Part shown: one piece after another, positions 12,411 through 23,710 of the stretch
Numbering within the stretch: position 1 is the stretch's first letter
Layout: each line of letters starts with the position of its first letter
Assembly (NCBI GenBank): GCA_000004985.1
Contig: GG738846.1
Length of the DNA: 64,000 nt
Origin: Naegleria gruberi
Lineage: Eukaryota
Reading direction: 5' to 3' (one strand)
Program-made: the position numbers and the translations under genes
The notes under the pieces: model-generated
The model's input: the letters and a program-made list of their open reading frames with translations, nothing else
What the model was told of the DNA's origin: nothing
The model's database searches: none

Positions 12411-12977
12411 ATTTTTCACTAGTTTTGAATATAACACTACTAGTGCTTAACTACTAACACAACCCTCCATCATCATTACATCAACATTTAAACAATCTGC
12501 CAACATTTTGTCATGTTGTATTGCTGGTCGCACAAACGTGATCATCAATATCTTGCGTTGACAAACTTGAAGATTGGTTTATTGTTTTTTTTTTGATTGT
12601 TTAAATGTTGACACCATTGTAAATATCTGAAAACAGCCGTTTCATTCTAGGAGCTGTAAAATAACAAAAATAAATAAAAAGTATAAAATTATTCATTATC
12701 AAACGAAAATTTTACTTTTAAATTATAATCGAGATATTTAATCTCCCTTAAATATAACCAAACACTTGGTTTATTTGGTAGTGTATTGATTTTAGCATTG
12801 TTACAAAACCGACAATGAATCTGTAAACATTAACTGAATCTCAGAGTGATGTTGAACTGTTTTACATAATACTGCTGAATGTGTTAATAAAAACTCAAAT
12901 CTCAGTAAAACAAATACAATGTTGAATCTCAGTAGTTGGCTCAATAACAATAGGAATATTCGTAAATTTGAGAGATT

Positions 12978-14636
12978 TTAATTTTCTTGTACTGACAAAT
13001 AATATTCAACAATGGTTAATAAATGTTTTGGGGGAATTCTCTCTTCAACAAATGATCTATCAATAAGTAAATTGGTTTTTGAAGCATGAGAATTGTTAGA
13101 GCTTGCTATAAAATTGAAACTGACATGTCCTGACTTCTTTTTCATATGTTCCTTGGCTTGTAATTTTTCTTGTTTGTCAATTTCCTCTCTAAAAAAAGAC
13201 TTGAGAGGATCTGAACTAGGTCTCCTCTTTACAATATGACTGTCTCTTCTTTCAATTCCAACAAGATTATTTGATGCTTTTGCTATTTGTAAATTGGCTA
13301 CAAGCGAGCCACTTGGGATACTAGAAACATCATCATTACTTAAACTGTGCTTTTTCAAACGTTCTGAAATACTACTACTTGGAGATCCAACAGATGATGA
13401 AGGTGTAGTTGGACTCTTACTACTATTATTATTACTTCCCCAGTTGTTACTATTAATCATTAGGAGATTGTTGGTGGTATTGGCTGGTGATGATTGTGAA
13501 ATGGAATTTCTCAAATGGTGTGAGAGTGAATTCCTTTGTGAATGAGTTACATAGGATGGATTGGAGATGGTCTTTCTAAATGCTTTTTTAATTTCATCAC
13601 TCAAATGTTTCTTGATGTGGGAATCATTGAATTCTAATGAATTATTTTGAGAGATTAATTCGTGTGAATTTTCATTGAGCCAAGTGTTAAAATCCCACTC
13701 TGATAGAAAATTGTCGAGTTCTCTGGTTTTCTGTTCCTCTTGTTGTCTTAGCATTTCTTGTTGGAGAATTAATTGTTGAACGTGTTCTTGTTGTTGTGTG
13801 AGTGAATATCCATCCTTCCATGAATATATTGCTTTCTTGTTTCTATTGATAATTAAAACTCCAGGTTGAGTAAATCCAGTATTTAGCTTGTTATCTACAT
13901 TGAATAATTGTTTCCATTTAGTTTCGAAAAATTCCACTATAAATTTTTCATCAATTTCAATATTATTTACATTGTTAGGTGAGTCGTCATCATTGTCATC
14001 ATCACTAATAATTAGTGAAATATCATTCAATTCACTACCAATCGTATTTCTATTATGTGTATTGGTGGTACTTGAAAAGGCATCGTGTGAATCCCTCTTG
14101 TAATGATCTTTGTAATCTTCATGATTATGTTGTTTCTGTTGCTGGATTTTTGTTCGTTTCTGATTTGAATCCTGTTCATTCTTTTGTTTTCTATTTTTTT
14201 TCTTTCTATTGTTCTGAGCTTGTTTCTTATCAATAAATTCAATAATTTCAAATAGATAATCTGTAATTGTACTTCCAGTTTTTGTCATGTATCTATTCTT
14301 GTACATATTTTCAACCTTATTGTAAACTATTGAACCTTTCATGACACAATTCATATTATACTTTTCTGCCAGAATCATTCTTTCATCACTCACAATTTCA
14401 AATCTCAAATTTAATTGATTTTTTAATTGGATGGCTTGCTCTCTTGTTCCTGAAATGATGGCAGCCATATTTCCTCCAAATTCTTTTGAAATTTTATCCC
14501 ACAGAATTTTATCTAATTGTTGTAAATAATTTACACATTCTTCACACCATATTCCTCTATATAGTAATGTGATTTTGATTGTATATTTTTATGTATTTAT
14601 ATACAATAAAATTAGGATTTTAAAAAGAATGTACAT
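12978..14636 (-). CDS. thioredoxin-fold protein (PRXL2/AhpC-TSA_2-like CxxC domain) with a long low-complexity Asn/Ser/Gln-rich C-terminal tail
   Basis: Track ORF 12978..14468 extends upstream in frame (..LLYRGIWCEECVNYLQQLDKILWDKISKEFGGNMAAIISG..). A candidate 5' exon (MYILFKILILL) joins via a 48-nt GTATAT...TATATAG intron near 14500..14560. The CxxC residues follow a hydrophobic strand, as in PRXL2A/FAM213A. The start codon lies within a few nt of the stop of the upstream gene. Confidence 0.45.
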
Positions 14637-15556
14637 TAATCACACACATACCTAATGAAAATGAGAATTACAAAATTTGCCTTCCTCTTCTTTTTACTAA
14701 TAGTACTATTACCATTTGGAGAATCATTTGGTTTGTTATTCTTTGAAAATTTAACCGAATACCTAGAAGAGGATAAAGTTTGAGATGAATTATTATTATT
14801 ATTGGGAGGAGTTGATGATGATGTTGTGGATGGAGAAAAGAGTTTAAATATTGATCTTCTCTTTTCAGGTGTTGTGTTGGTTGATTTTCTATTGGAATTA
14901 TTTTGAGAATTATTGAGTGATGATGATAGTGATGGAGGTGGTTGTCCATTTGAGGAGTAAATTTGTCGATGTAAACTTGATGAATTATTGGAAGGAGTAT
15001 GAACAAATCCATTTGATGAAGTACTCTTTCTCTTTGAATCAAAATCATTCATCGAAAATACACCACCTCCATCACCATTTGTTGTTGATATTACTATATT
15101 CGAAGTATTATTATTATTATTATTACTATGATTATATAAATTATTATTTGTGTAATTATTATTGGGAAGAGAGCTAGTCGTACTAGTGGTATTATTAACA
15201 AATGATTGATTGGTGGAGGGTGTACCTTTCAACTTGGTACTATTTCTTCTATTGAAAAACCATGATTTCCTCTTTGAATTATCTTCTTGTGATGTTGATG
15301 CCAATGATGATGATGGTTGAAGTGGAGGAGATGATGAAGTAGAATCATTTAAAAATTGTTGTTGTTGTTGTTGTTGTTCGAGGAGTGAATTATTATTGCT
15401 AGTTGAATTATTGAGTGAGGAGGAATTATTGGTAATTATTGATGAAGAAATTGATAATTCATTATCGGAGGAGGAGGAGCATTGAGGAATTTTAAATAAA
15501 CTTTTCAATGTAAAATACATTGAACATTTATCTAAAAACAGTGTACGATTGGGCAT
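14636..15556 (-). CDS. low-complexity Ser/Asn/Gln-rich protein (306 aa)
   Basis: ORF with poly-N, poly-Q and poly-S tracts, including a (CAA)n run encoding QQQQQQQ. No domain recognised. Confidence 0.4.
   Translation of the reverse strand: MPNRTLFLDKCSMYFTLKSLFKIPQCSSSSDNELSISSSIITNNSSSLNNSTSNNNSLLEQQQQQQQFLNDSTSSSPPLQPSSSLASTSQEDNSKRKSWFFNRRNSTKLKGTPSTNQSFVNNTTSTTSSLPNNNYTNNNLYNHSNNNNNNTSNIVISTTNGDGGGVFSMNDFDSKRKSTSSNGFVHTPSNNSSSLHRQIYSSNGQPPPSLSSSLNNSQNNSNRKSTNTTPEKRRSIFKLFSPSTTSSSTPPNNNNNSSQTLSSSRYSVKFSKNNKPNDSPNGNSTISKKKRKANFVILIFIRYVCD
15356..15380. repeat. trinucleotide repeat (TTG)n on + strand, equal to (CAA)n in-frame poly-Gln within CDS 14636..15556
   Basis: ttgttgttgttgttgttgttgttcg is visible at about 15356..15380. 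Confidence 0.7.
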
Positions 15557-15592
15557 TGTGGTTGGTCATTCAAATGTTTTTGATTCACAGGT

Positions 15593-15612
15593 GGTGTTGT
15601 TGTTGTTGTTGT
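15593..15612. repeat. trinucleotide repeat (TGT/GTT)n in the 5' flank of gene 14636..15556
   Basis: gtggtgttgttgttgttgttgtggg at about 15591..15615, just upstream of the ATG at 15556 (minus strand). Confidence 0.6.
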
Positions 15613-15951
15613 GGGATAGACAGCTATTTGACGTTTTTTATTTAAATAACATGTCAACCTTCAACTGAACTTGGGGTAATAAAATGGCGCACAGTGAGGA
15701 CCTTGTTTGAAAACTAGTTGGATTTAAGGCAAGTAATAATTCAAAGAACTAATTGTCCAGTTTCATTCCAATTCTTATTGTAATATTAAATTAGAATCTC
15801 CTTTCATTTCTTGAAATTGTCTTGCCAAATTTGAAAATGTTTTAATATAGTTTTTATCCATAAATGTATATTAACTATTTATCGAAGGTCCATGTAATAT
15901 TTACAAAAAGATTCATGTTCGAAAGAGGGGAGTTTAATAATTCGAAAAAGA

Positions 15952-16605
15952 ATGCAACCAAAATTCAATTCACACATTACACTTGCAGTTATTTTAGTAC
16001 TAGTAGTACTACTGTTGACTATTAATCCAACGAGGGCTCATATTTCATGGGGAAAATGTAAAGATACCATCAAGGCCATGGAAAACTTTCAATTGGCTCA
16101 ATTTACAGGAAATTGGTTAGAAATAGCCAAGTACAGAAATTATTACGAAAGAGGAGTTTGTCAAAAAATAGATTTCACAATTAATCCAAACAATACAACT
16201 CAAATTCTTGTCAATGCCTCAGAGTATAGGAAGGGGTCCTCTCGTTCTATGAATGCTACAGCAAGTGCAATTTCTTCCGATACTCCTGCTCAATGGATTC
16301 TCTCAGTAAATGTTACTAGAAAGTGTAAGAAGAAACTAATTCATTACACAATTGAAACTCCACTCATGGTATTAGATACAGATTATTCAAATTATGCAAT
16401 TCTCTACTCTTGTAAGAATACTAAATTTGAACTTTTTCATAAGGAATATTTGTGGATTTTGGGAAGAAGAATTGATAGCATTTCTGAAACAATGATGAAT
16501 GATTTATTTAACAAACTGAAAGATTTAGAAATTTCTAGAAAGTATATAATGTTTTCAAGACAAAACTATTGTTCAGTAAGAAGAAGAGGAAAGAAAGATG
16601 ATTAA
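15952..16605 (+). CDS. secreted lipocalin, apolipoprotein D / Blc-like
   Basis: Signal peptide followed by the lipocalin block-1 motif FTGNWLEIAKY, the ApoD-like ERGVCQKIDFT and block-3 TDYSNYAILYSCK. The ORF aligns with human ApoD along its length. Confidence 0.8.
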   Translation: MQPKFNSHITLAVILVLVVLLLTINPTRAHISWGKCKDTIKAMENFQLAQFTGNWLEIAKYRNYYERGVCQKIDFTINPNNTTQILVNASEYRKGSSRSMNATASAISSDTPAQWILSVNVTRKCKKKLIHYTIETPLMVLDTDYSNYAILYSCKNTKFELFHKEYLWILGRRIDSISETMMNDLFNKLKDLEISRKYIMFSRQNYCSVRRRGKKDD

Positions 16606-16943
16606 CAAATGCTATATGAAATATAAATTGAGATCAATAAATTTGAATTCAATATTAAATGAAAAGCAAAATTATCCTAATTAATGAATCTGCTTACTGA
16701 ATCTTTAATTAAATACTCTGCTGTATACTACTGAGAGCATTACTATTCATGAAGTTAAATTTTTGTAATAATTGCAATATTTTTATTAGAAGTGTTTCAT
16801 CTAACACAGGACCTTTGAAACTAATGCAGGAGTGAGTGTCCCACTTCTCCTCTAGCCATGGAAGGAAATGCTGACTTCTAAATTAGATAATATATTTACA
16901 ATTTATTTACAATAAATTATGCAACAAGTTGCTCGTTTCAAAA

Positions 16944-18410
16944 TTATTCAGTACTTTCCCAAATATTTGTAGATCCATGATTCATTGTTTCAAAGAAGGA
17001 TTTATCTAATCCTCTCTTCTCCAAATTGCTTTCCAAATCAATCTTTGGTTGCATTATTGGCTCAGTGGTTAAAATGAAAGTTCCCCAGTGCATACCAATT
17101 TGTTTTTTTGATTTGACATCTAGAGCAATCTGTACAGCCTCTTCTGGGTTAATGTGTTGTGGTTTCATCATCCACCTAGGTTCATAAGCTCCAATTGGAA
17201 TAAATGACATGTCAATTGGGCCATATCTATTACCTATTTCTGTAAAACATTCAGAAGAATAACCGGTATCACCAGCAAACCATAATTTGAACTTTCTAAT
17301 CTTTTCTTGTTCAATTGTATCAACATTCTGTACTGTTTCAATGTTATCATGATCTTTGATAAATTGGAATTCAACACCCCAAGATCCCCACAATGCCTCA
17401 TTTTTATCGAAACCTGATCGCAATGACCAATGCTGAGCTGGAAGGAATGTGAAGGTAATATTAGAATCAAATTTCAATTGAGAATCAGTTTTGTGTTTCA
17501 TAGATGTGTTAAAACTAACAGATTTCCACCAATCCAATTCCACTAGTTTCAAACTGCTCAATTCCTTGTGGTTCTTTTCCTGATAAAATTTTTCCATCCA
17601 TGAATATTTCATTCTCAATGGAAGTAAAATTATTGGATCATGATGTTGTTGAATCTTAATGAGTGCATTATAATCAAGGTGATCATAGTGATTATGTGAG
17701 ATAATTATGTAATGAATTGTTGGAAGATTTTCAATATCTATTGGAAGGGGTTTTATGCGTGAAGGACCAAAATATTGTGAAGGACTGCATCTTTCTGAAA
17801 ATACAGGATCTGTGAGAATATTTACACCTCTGTATTGAATTAAAAATGTAGAATGTCCAATCCAAGTTACTTGTGGAGTAACATTATTGTCACCTTTGAC
17901 TGATCGAATATCAGGATTGAATAAAAGATCCGTATTTGGTTTGATTTGTGGAAGTTCTGTATCGGAAGGAATTTGTGGTTTGTTCTTTGCCATTTCTCTT
18001 TGAAATTTTATAACATCCGTTGTAGAAGCTGATTTAAACCCTTCGTATGGATATTGAAATTCAGTTAATTTACCATCATTTTTTACAATCCAATGAGAAG
18101 GTATTGTATTTGAATAGTTATTATCCCTTCTAACTTGTTCTACATAGTGTTTGTATGAATACTTATTTTCCTCCATTTGTTTTTCAATACATGATCCTAT
18201 AATTTGAGTAGTAGTTTCATCATTTGCTGATAAAGATGGTTGTTGATGGCTTGCTTGTTGTCCCATTTTTTCCGAAGGTTCTGTTTTCCTTCCGTGTAAA
18301 CATGTTGTAAAATTGCGTCTTGAAACCATTGTCTTATTGTGAGAATAAATATTTGTCAAGCAGTAGTTGTTGAAAATAATATTATTATTATTGAATTTGC
18401 ACCTTAGCAT
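16944..18410 (-). CDS. NAPEPLD: N-acyl-phosphatidylethanolamine-hydrolysing phospholipase D-like metallo-beta-lactamase-fold hydrolase
   Basis: ILTDPVFSERCSPSQYFGPSRIKPLP, IIISHNHYDHLDY, WFAGDTGY and IPIGAYEPRWMMKPQHINPEEAV...MHWGTF closely match NAPE-PLD. The protein has an N-terminal extension. Confidence 0.85.
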   Translation of the reverse strand: MLRCKFNNNNIIFNNYCLTNIYSHNKTMVSRRNFTTCLHGRKTEPSEKMGQQASHQQPSLSANDETTTQIIGSCIEKQMEENKYSYKHYVEQVRRDNNYSNTIPSHWIVKNDGKLTEFQYPYEGFKSASTTDVIKFQREMAKNKPQIPSDTELPQIKPNTDLLFNPDIRSVKGDNNVTPQVTWIGHSTFLIQYRGVNILTDPVFSERCSPSQYFGPSRIKPLPIDIENLPTIHYIIISHNHYDHLDYNALIKIQQHHDPIILLPLRMKYSWMEKFYQEKNHKELSSLKLVELDWWKSVSFNTSMKHKTDSQLKFDSNITFTFLPAQHWSLRSGFDKNEALWGSWGVEFQFIKDHDNIETVQNVDTIEQEKIRKFKLWFAGDTGYSSECFTEIGNRYGPIDMSFIPIGAYEPRWMMKPQHINPEEAVQIALDVKSKKQIGMHWGTFILTTEPIMQPKIDLESNLEKRGLDKSFFETMNHGSTNIWESTE

Positions 18411-18788
18411 TTTTTATTTGTAAGGAAATTTAATTTATGAGAAAATCGGTGTGAGCGCACTCTTGCAGTTCTATTGGGATGGACCTTTGATTATGGTTTT
18501 GTGCGCACGAAGCTAACAAGGTATTGTTGCTTATCTATTTCATTTGGTATTAAGTGGGTGCATCTTTCTTTGGTTTATTACTTCCTGCCATTAACCATTT
18601 CTCAAATAATGATTTAAAATTGGAAATGCTATTAGTGGTTGGATTGAGTTTTCTGTTTAGCTCACCATGTCTAACATCAAACAGTCAATTAATGTTCAAA
18701 CTCTCTATTCTTTTCTTTTTTATTGGTTTTGTTGTAAATTATCGATGGTTTTGGATTGGTTTGAAATAAATTTTACAAAATAGAATAT

Positions 18789-19613
18789 TTATTTACCAAT
18801 ACAGGAAATACACACTCTAATTAATCCTAATATGATACCACAACAACATGCCAGTACAGGTACAGTTACTCCTACCACTATACCTGCAATGGCACCACCA
18901 CTCAAAGGTTCACATCCATCTCTATTCAAATCATTGGCTAATTTGAAAAATCTCGCTCTTTCACAACCAACAAATGATGTAAAAGTTCTTCCCACATAAC
19001 TTTCCATTTGACTTTGAAGACTTTTCCCACCACTAGACCAATAATAACCATTTGTAACACGAATGGCTGGATTGTCACATTGAGATTCATCACAAAAATA
19101 CTTGATTGTTGGATTGAAAACTGTAGTGTCCAAATCAATACTATTCTTCAAGGGACCATTCACATAAATTTGAGTCAACCTTGGTCCAAAAGATTTGTAT
19201 TCATCTGAAATCTTTAGTTTAAAAGTGACTCTCTTATCAGAGGACACTACAAGTATTGTTTCCTTGATTGGAAAATTAATTGCAATCTCAATAGGTTCAT
19301 TATCAAGAGCTTCAGAAACGACAAAATAAAGTACAGCTGGAGCTGCTTGCCAAGGATATAATTTAGATGAAGTTAAATTTGCAGGATTATTCTCTACTAC
19401 AATTGCATCTCCATCAGCAATTTCACATTGGAGGCAGAAAAAACATGGATTTAATACTCCGTATAAAGCTTTTGTAAGTCTTTGATATCCACTTGCTGCA
19501 TAAACAGCAGATAGTACCACAAGCAAACCACAAGTGACGACCCATAAAGTTCTTCTTTTTATCATCATGGCTGATGATGAAATATTGTTGGCTGATACAT
19601 TTAATTGTTTCAT
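18789..19613 (-). CDS. type I membrane glycoprotein-like protein: signal/anchor region, Cys-containing ectodomain, C-terminal TM and a CCC-rich tail
   Basis: 274-aa ORF with an N-terminal hydrophobic segment and a C-terminal segment GGAIAGIVVGVTVPVLACCCGIILGLI. Confidence 0.45.
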   Translation of the reverse strand: MKQLNVSANNISSSAMMIKRRTLWVVTCGLLVVLSAVYAASGYQRLTKALYGVLNPCFFCLQCEIADGDAIVVENNPANLTSSKLYPWQAAPAVLYFVVSEALDNEPIEIAINFPIKETILVVSSDKRVTFKLKISDEYKSFGPRLTQIYVNGPLKNSIDLDTTVFNPTIKYFCDESQCDNPAIRVTNGYYWSSGGKSLQSQMESYVGRTFTSFVGCERARFFKLANDLNRDGCEPLSGGAIAGIVVGVTVPVLACCCGIILGLIRVCISCIGK

Positions 19614-19738
19614 TTTTTAATGAAAAGATAAGTTCACAGGTAACGACAAGTATTGTTTAAAAACCGTTTAAAATTGTTCTGACATGTTCAAATGGTCGAC
19701 CTTTCGCAAATTCTTATTAGAAATGATTAAATAGCTTA

Positions 19739-20221
19739 TTGGAAAGTTTATTAAACTTCAAATTTTATAATTGTATCTACAACTTTATCGAAATCAATAC
19801 AATGTATGTGAATTTTGTTGAAACGGAGAGAGATTCTCCTACCAAACTCCTTTCAAATAACAACAAAAAAATGAGCCAACAACAAGAATCGGCACCTCTC
19901 AACGCTTCCTACTATTCTAAAAATCAAGACAATGTTCCGTTTGTGATTAATAGTGATGAAGGAGGATATGAAGTAAATCCACAAATAACAATAGTTGATG
20001 CAGAGAGTGATAAAAAGGCCTTTTGGTTATTTGTGCTCGGATTTCCAATCTTTTTCTTACCGCTGTGGATTGTTTGCTGTATTCTCTATGCCCGATCGAA
20101 GAGTGAAAAGGCAAAGAAATATGGAGTGATGAGTGGATATTTTGTAATTTTTAACTTTGCATTTTGGGTACTGGTGATCCAATTTGTTATCGTTCCTCTG
20201 GCCATGATGTACTCAAAGTAA
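19739..20221 (+). CDS. small membrane protein with two TM helices (start codon uncertain; MSQQQE at about 19873 is possible)
   Basis: The C-terminal half contains FWLFVLGFPIFFLPLWIVCCILY and YFVIFNFAFWVLVIQFVIVPLAMMY. Confidence 0.35.
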   Translation: MESLLNFKFYNCIYNFIEINTMYVNFVETERDSPTKLLSNNNKKMSQQQESAPLNASYYSKNQDNVPFVINSDEGGYEVNPQITIVDAESDKKAFWLFVLGFPIFFLPLWIVCCILYARSKSEKAKKYGVMSGYFVIFNFAFWVLVIQFVIVPLAMMYSK

Positions 20222-20515
20222 ATAATTAATAGATATGAAAACCAGTTGAAAAAAAACATTTGAAAAATAATTTAATTGTGTGCATAGTAAAATAGTAACT
20301 TATTTCGAGAACACTTCAATAAATCATTTTAAACTATTTTAATAAATAAATTATCTTTTTATTAAATTAATTGTTAATGTAAATGGAAAACTATTTTTTG
20401 GCGGCAATTAATTTTTCACCCTTGCGCCCTGCCACAATTTTTTTGAGGTGGTAAAAAATTGTTTCCCGCCATCGACAATGTAAAGAGGAAAATACTTTAA
20501 AAAAAATACACAACA

Positions 20516-21941
20516 ATGGAATTGAAGTCTTTGCCAGTCACCTTGCTTTCTGGTTTCTGTGATACCTCCAAATATGCATTGATTAAAAAAGTTGCTGAAA
20601 ATACCGACAATTTGAAAGTACTCATCTTTGCTTGTCATTTGGAAAAGTGTAAGTTTTGAAAAGCTTGTGGAGAAATTTACCTAGTTGTTGAAAATAGTAC
20701 ATTTGGATGAATCTAAGGTTGAAAAGAAGACTGATGAACAAATCACTTTGAAAAACAAGTGTTTAATTGTCAAATTGACTGATCTTTTCTTTGAACAACT
20801 CAGTGATCATGTATTGTCTAAGGAATTTGATTATTGTCTTTTGGAAACTAATACATATGACGATCTTGAAGGAATGAAGGAAATGTTTTTAACTGATTTG
20901 GATGCTCATGACGAAGAACACGAACACACTGATGAGTGTGAACACTCCGAAACAACCATGAATCAGTTGGCTCCAATTTCTAATATTGCCACTGTTGTTG
21001 ATGCTGCTACTATTGTAAATGATATTAGAACTGAAGAAACTCTTGTTGATAGATTTGGTGAAAAGGTACCAGGTGCTGAAAACAGACATATCCCATTCTT
21101 GATTGTTTCTCAAATTGAAGATGCTAAAATCATTGTTATTAACAATGCTGAAAAGGCCGAAAACATTGAAGAAGTTCAAGCTTTAATTAAAAAGATTAAT
21201 GGAAAGGCCAAGGTCTTTACTGCCAAGAATTGTGATATCAGTCCTAAGGAACTTTTCGGAACTGAACTCTTCTCATTGACTGATTCAAAGAGTCAAGTTC
21301 CATCTTGGTTGAGCGAAATTAAGGGTGAAATTAAGTCTGAAACAATTTCTGGCATTTCAAGTTTTGTTTATAGAAGAAGAAAGCCATTCCATACTGAAAA
21401 GATTTACAAATTCATCTATGGTAGCGACTACTTGAATAAGGAATCAGGAGTCATTAGAAGTAGAGGTTTAATTTGGTTATGTACTAGAAATGATGACTGT
21501 TGTGATTGGAATCATGTTGCTCAAATTGCTGAAATTACCAACGCTGGTAAATTCTTTTCCTCATTAGATGAAGAAATTATTGCTGATTTGGAACCAGAAA
21601 TGGTTGAAGAATTAAAGGCCAATTGTGAAGGACCACACGGAGATAGAAGATGTGACCTTCTCTTTATTGGTAAGAATATGAACCAAAAGGAAATTGAACA
21701 AAAGTTGGATGAATGCTTAATTTCTGATGAAGATTTGGCTAAGGGCCCAACTCACTATGAAACTATGTGCGAAGATGAATTCCCTGAATTTGAAGAGTTA
21801 GATCATTTACTTGAAGATGTTTCTGATGATGAAGAAGATGAAGAAGAAGATAAGGATGCTGATATTGACATTACTTCGACTCCAAAGAGAAAGAGAAACG
21901 ATGACTCCTCAAAAGGTGCCAAAAAGACTAAGAAGGATTAA
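20516..21941 (+). CDS. COBW-domain protein (CobW/ZNG1 G3E-family-like) with a degenerate P-loop and a His/Cys/acidic insert, plus a CobW_C-like C-terminus
   Basis: Exon 1 (about 20516..20647) reads MELKSLPVTLLSGFCDTSKYALIKKV. This resembles the CobW N-terminus PVTVLTGFLGAGKTTLL, but GKT is lost. A 49-nt GTAAGT...AATAG intron follows. Exon 2 is the track ORF, with VVDAATIVND, KIIVINNAEKA and the insert HDEEHEHTDECEHSE. Confidence 0.6.
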
Positions 21942-22084
21942 AACTCGACTACGAACTAGGATAGTAAATTGTGTGTAACAAATTACTAAATCATAATTTC
22001 ATTTTTACATTGTTAAAATCTCTTATCCTGATATTGTAACAAAATACACGTTTGTAAAAAATTACTTTTTATCTTAGCTTTTCA

Positions 22085-23475
22085 TTAGTTCAAAAGTGTG
22101 GCTGATTGACCATTTCTATTCATCTTCTTTTCAACACCATAAATGACTCTATCCAATAAGGCACTGACTGTGAAAACACCACCAATAATTGCACACAAAC
22201 TTGTTAAGAATTGTACAAATGACTTCTTATTCTCTGTGATGTGAACCATAATTGGAGAAAGGTCATAGATAAAGAATACACCTGGAACTACATTTGGATG
22301 TAATCTATTCTTTGGTCTAGAGTGTTGAGTTACAGAATATTGATTGGTAATGATAGAATTGGATGAACCATATTTTTCATAAATGGTTGGAACAACCTTG
22401 ACAAAATATTGGAAGAGAGCTGATTCTCCTTCGACACGTTGTCCAGTTTCAGCATTATATCCAATAATCTTACTTGTACCATCCAAAGGATTAATGAGTC
22501 CAGGAATCTTTTCACCAAATCCAAGATAATTGATAATGTGACTAGTATTAAAGTGATCAACCTCATAGTTTGTATAATCATGCATGTGTTGTTGAGCACG
22601 AACAAATGATTTGCCTGGAGCAAAATGGAAATTACCAGCAACCTTATTAACCAAAAAGTAACCATGCAAGTTGCATCCTTCTTGCTTGGAGTATTTCATC
22701 TTTCTTTCCAAAATTTCCTCATAACATTGTTCAATATCTTCGTTTGGAGAGAATGCCCATCCAACACGACGATAAGATTCACGAACATCATCACAAGTGT
22801 TACAACATTGATTAGCATCTCTATTAGATCCGTAGCAACTTCCACAATACTTTGGATCTTTGACTTTCTTTGCTCTCTCAGCACGTATTTTATCCAATTC
22901 AGCATTATTAACTAAATCATGTTTAACAGCACCTGGTGGTGGCTTTAAAATGTCCAAAGTTGGTTTGTCATCAGATACTTGTTCAGCTTGTTGTTCAATA
23001 ATTGGTTTTCCATCCAAAGTTAATCTCATCTTGTAAACAGTGTGGTAGTCGAGATGAACGTGATGTTCTCCACTGACATCCATAACATCCAAATTTAAAG
23101 CATCACAAGAAACAGCAGGGAAGGTAATATTAATATAAATTGGAATTTTACGTTCTTGTTGAGTATCAACATATAATTGATCAAATCTTTCCACTTGTAA
23201 ATACAAATAAAACTCTCCTAATACAAGGATCAAGATGACTAAGAGTGAAATGATAGAGACTGTCCGAATGTAATTATCAAGTAATTTAATTATCACCATC
23301 ATCAAATATTGAATATGATAATGAATTAATAATATCAACAATATTAATAAAAATTGAAATTCAGGTAAGAGATCATATATATTTCCTCCCAAAACTTACT
23401 CAGACCACCTCCCAAAGTCTTGACCCGAAAATCATCCTGTGTTTTTGGATAAAAATCAAAACTTTTTAAACCCAT
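22085..23475 (-). CDS. ERGIC3: ER-Golgi intermediate compartment protein 3 (ERGIC3/Erv46)
   Basis: Exon 1 (about 23400..23475) reads MGLKSFDFYPKTQDDFRVKTLGGGL. A 132-nt GTAAGT...GACAG intron follows. Exon 2 is the track ORF, with CGSCYGSNRDANQCCNTCDDVRESYRRVGWAF, NKVAGNFHFAPGKSF and a C-terminal TM. The protein aligns end to end with human ERGIC3. Confidence 0.85.
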
Positions 23476-23710
23476 TTTTTTCAAGCCTTTGCCGTTTTAT
23501 TCGCCAATACGTGTTCGTTCTCTCTAAATTTCATGCAAGAATAGTGTTAATTATTGTTTCATTATCCATCATCTTGTTATAAACTGATTAGAAAACCCTT
23601 TTGCAATTATTGAAAAGAATCCCTTCCTATCAATTTGCATGATCATTAAAAAAAAATAATCATCATTTGGAAAGAGTTTTAATCTCTCAAAGATTTTGAA
23701 TGATTCGGAA

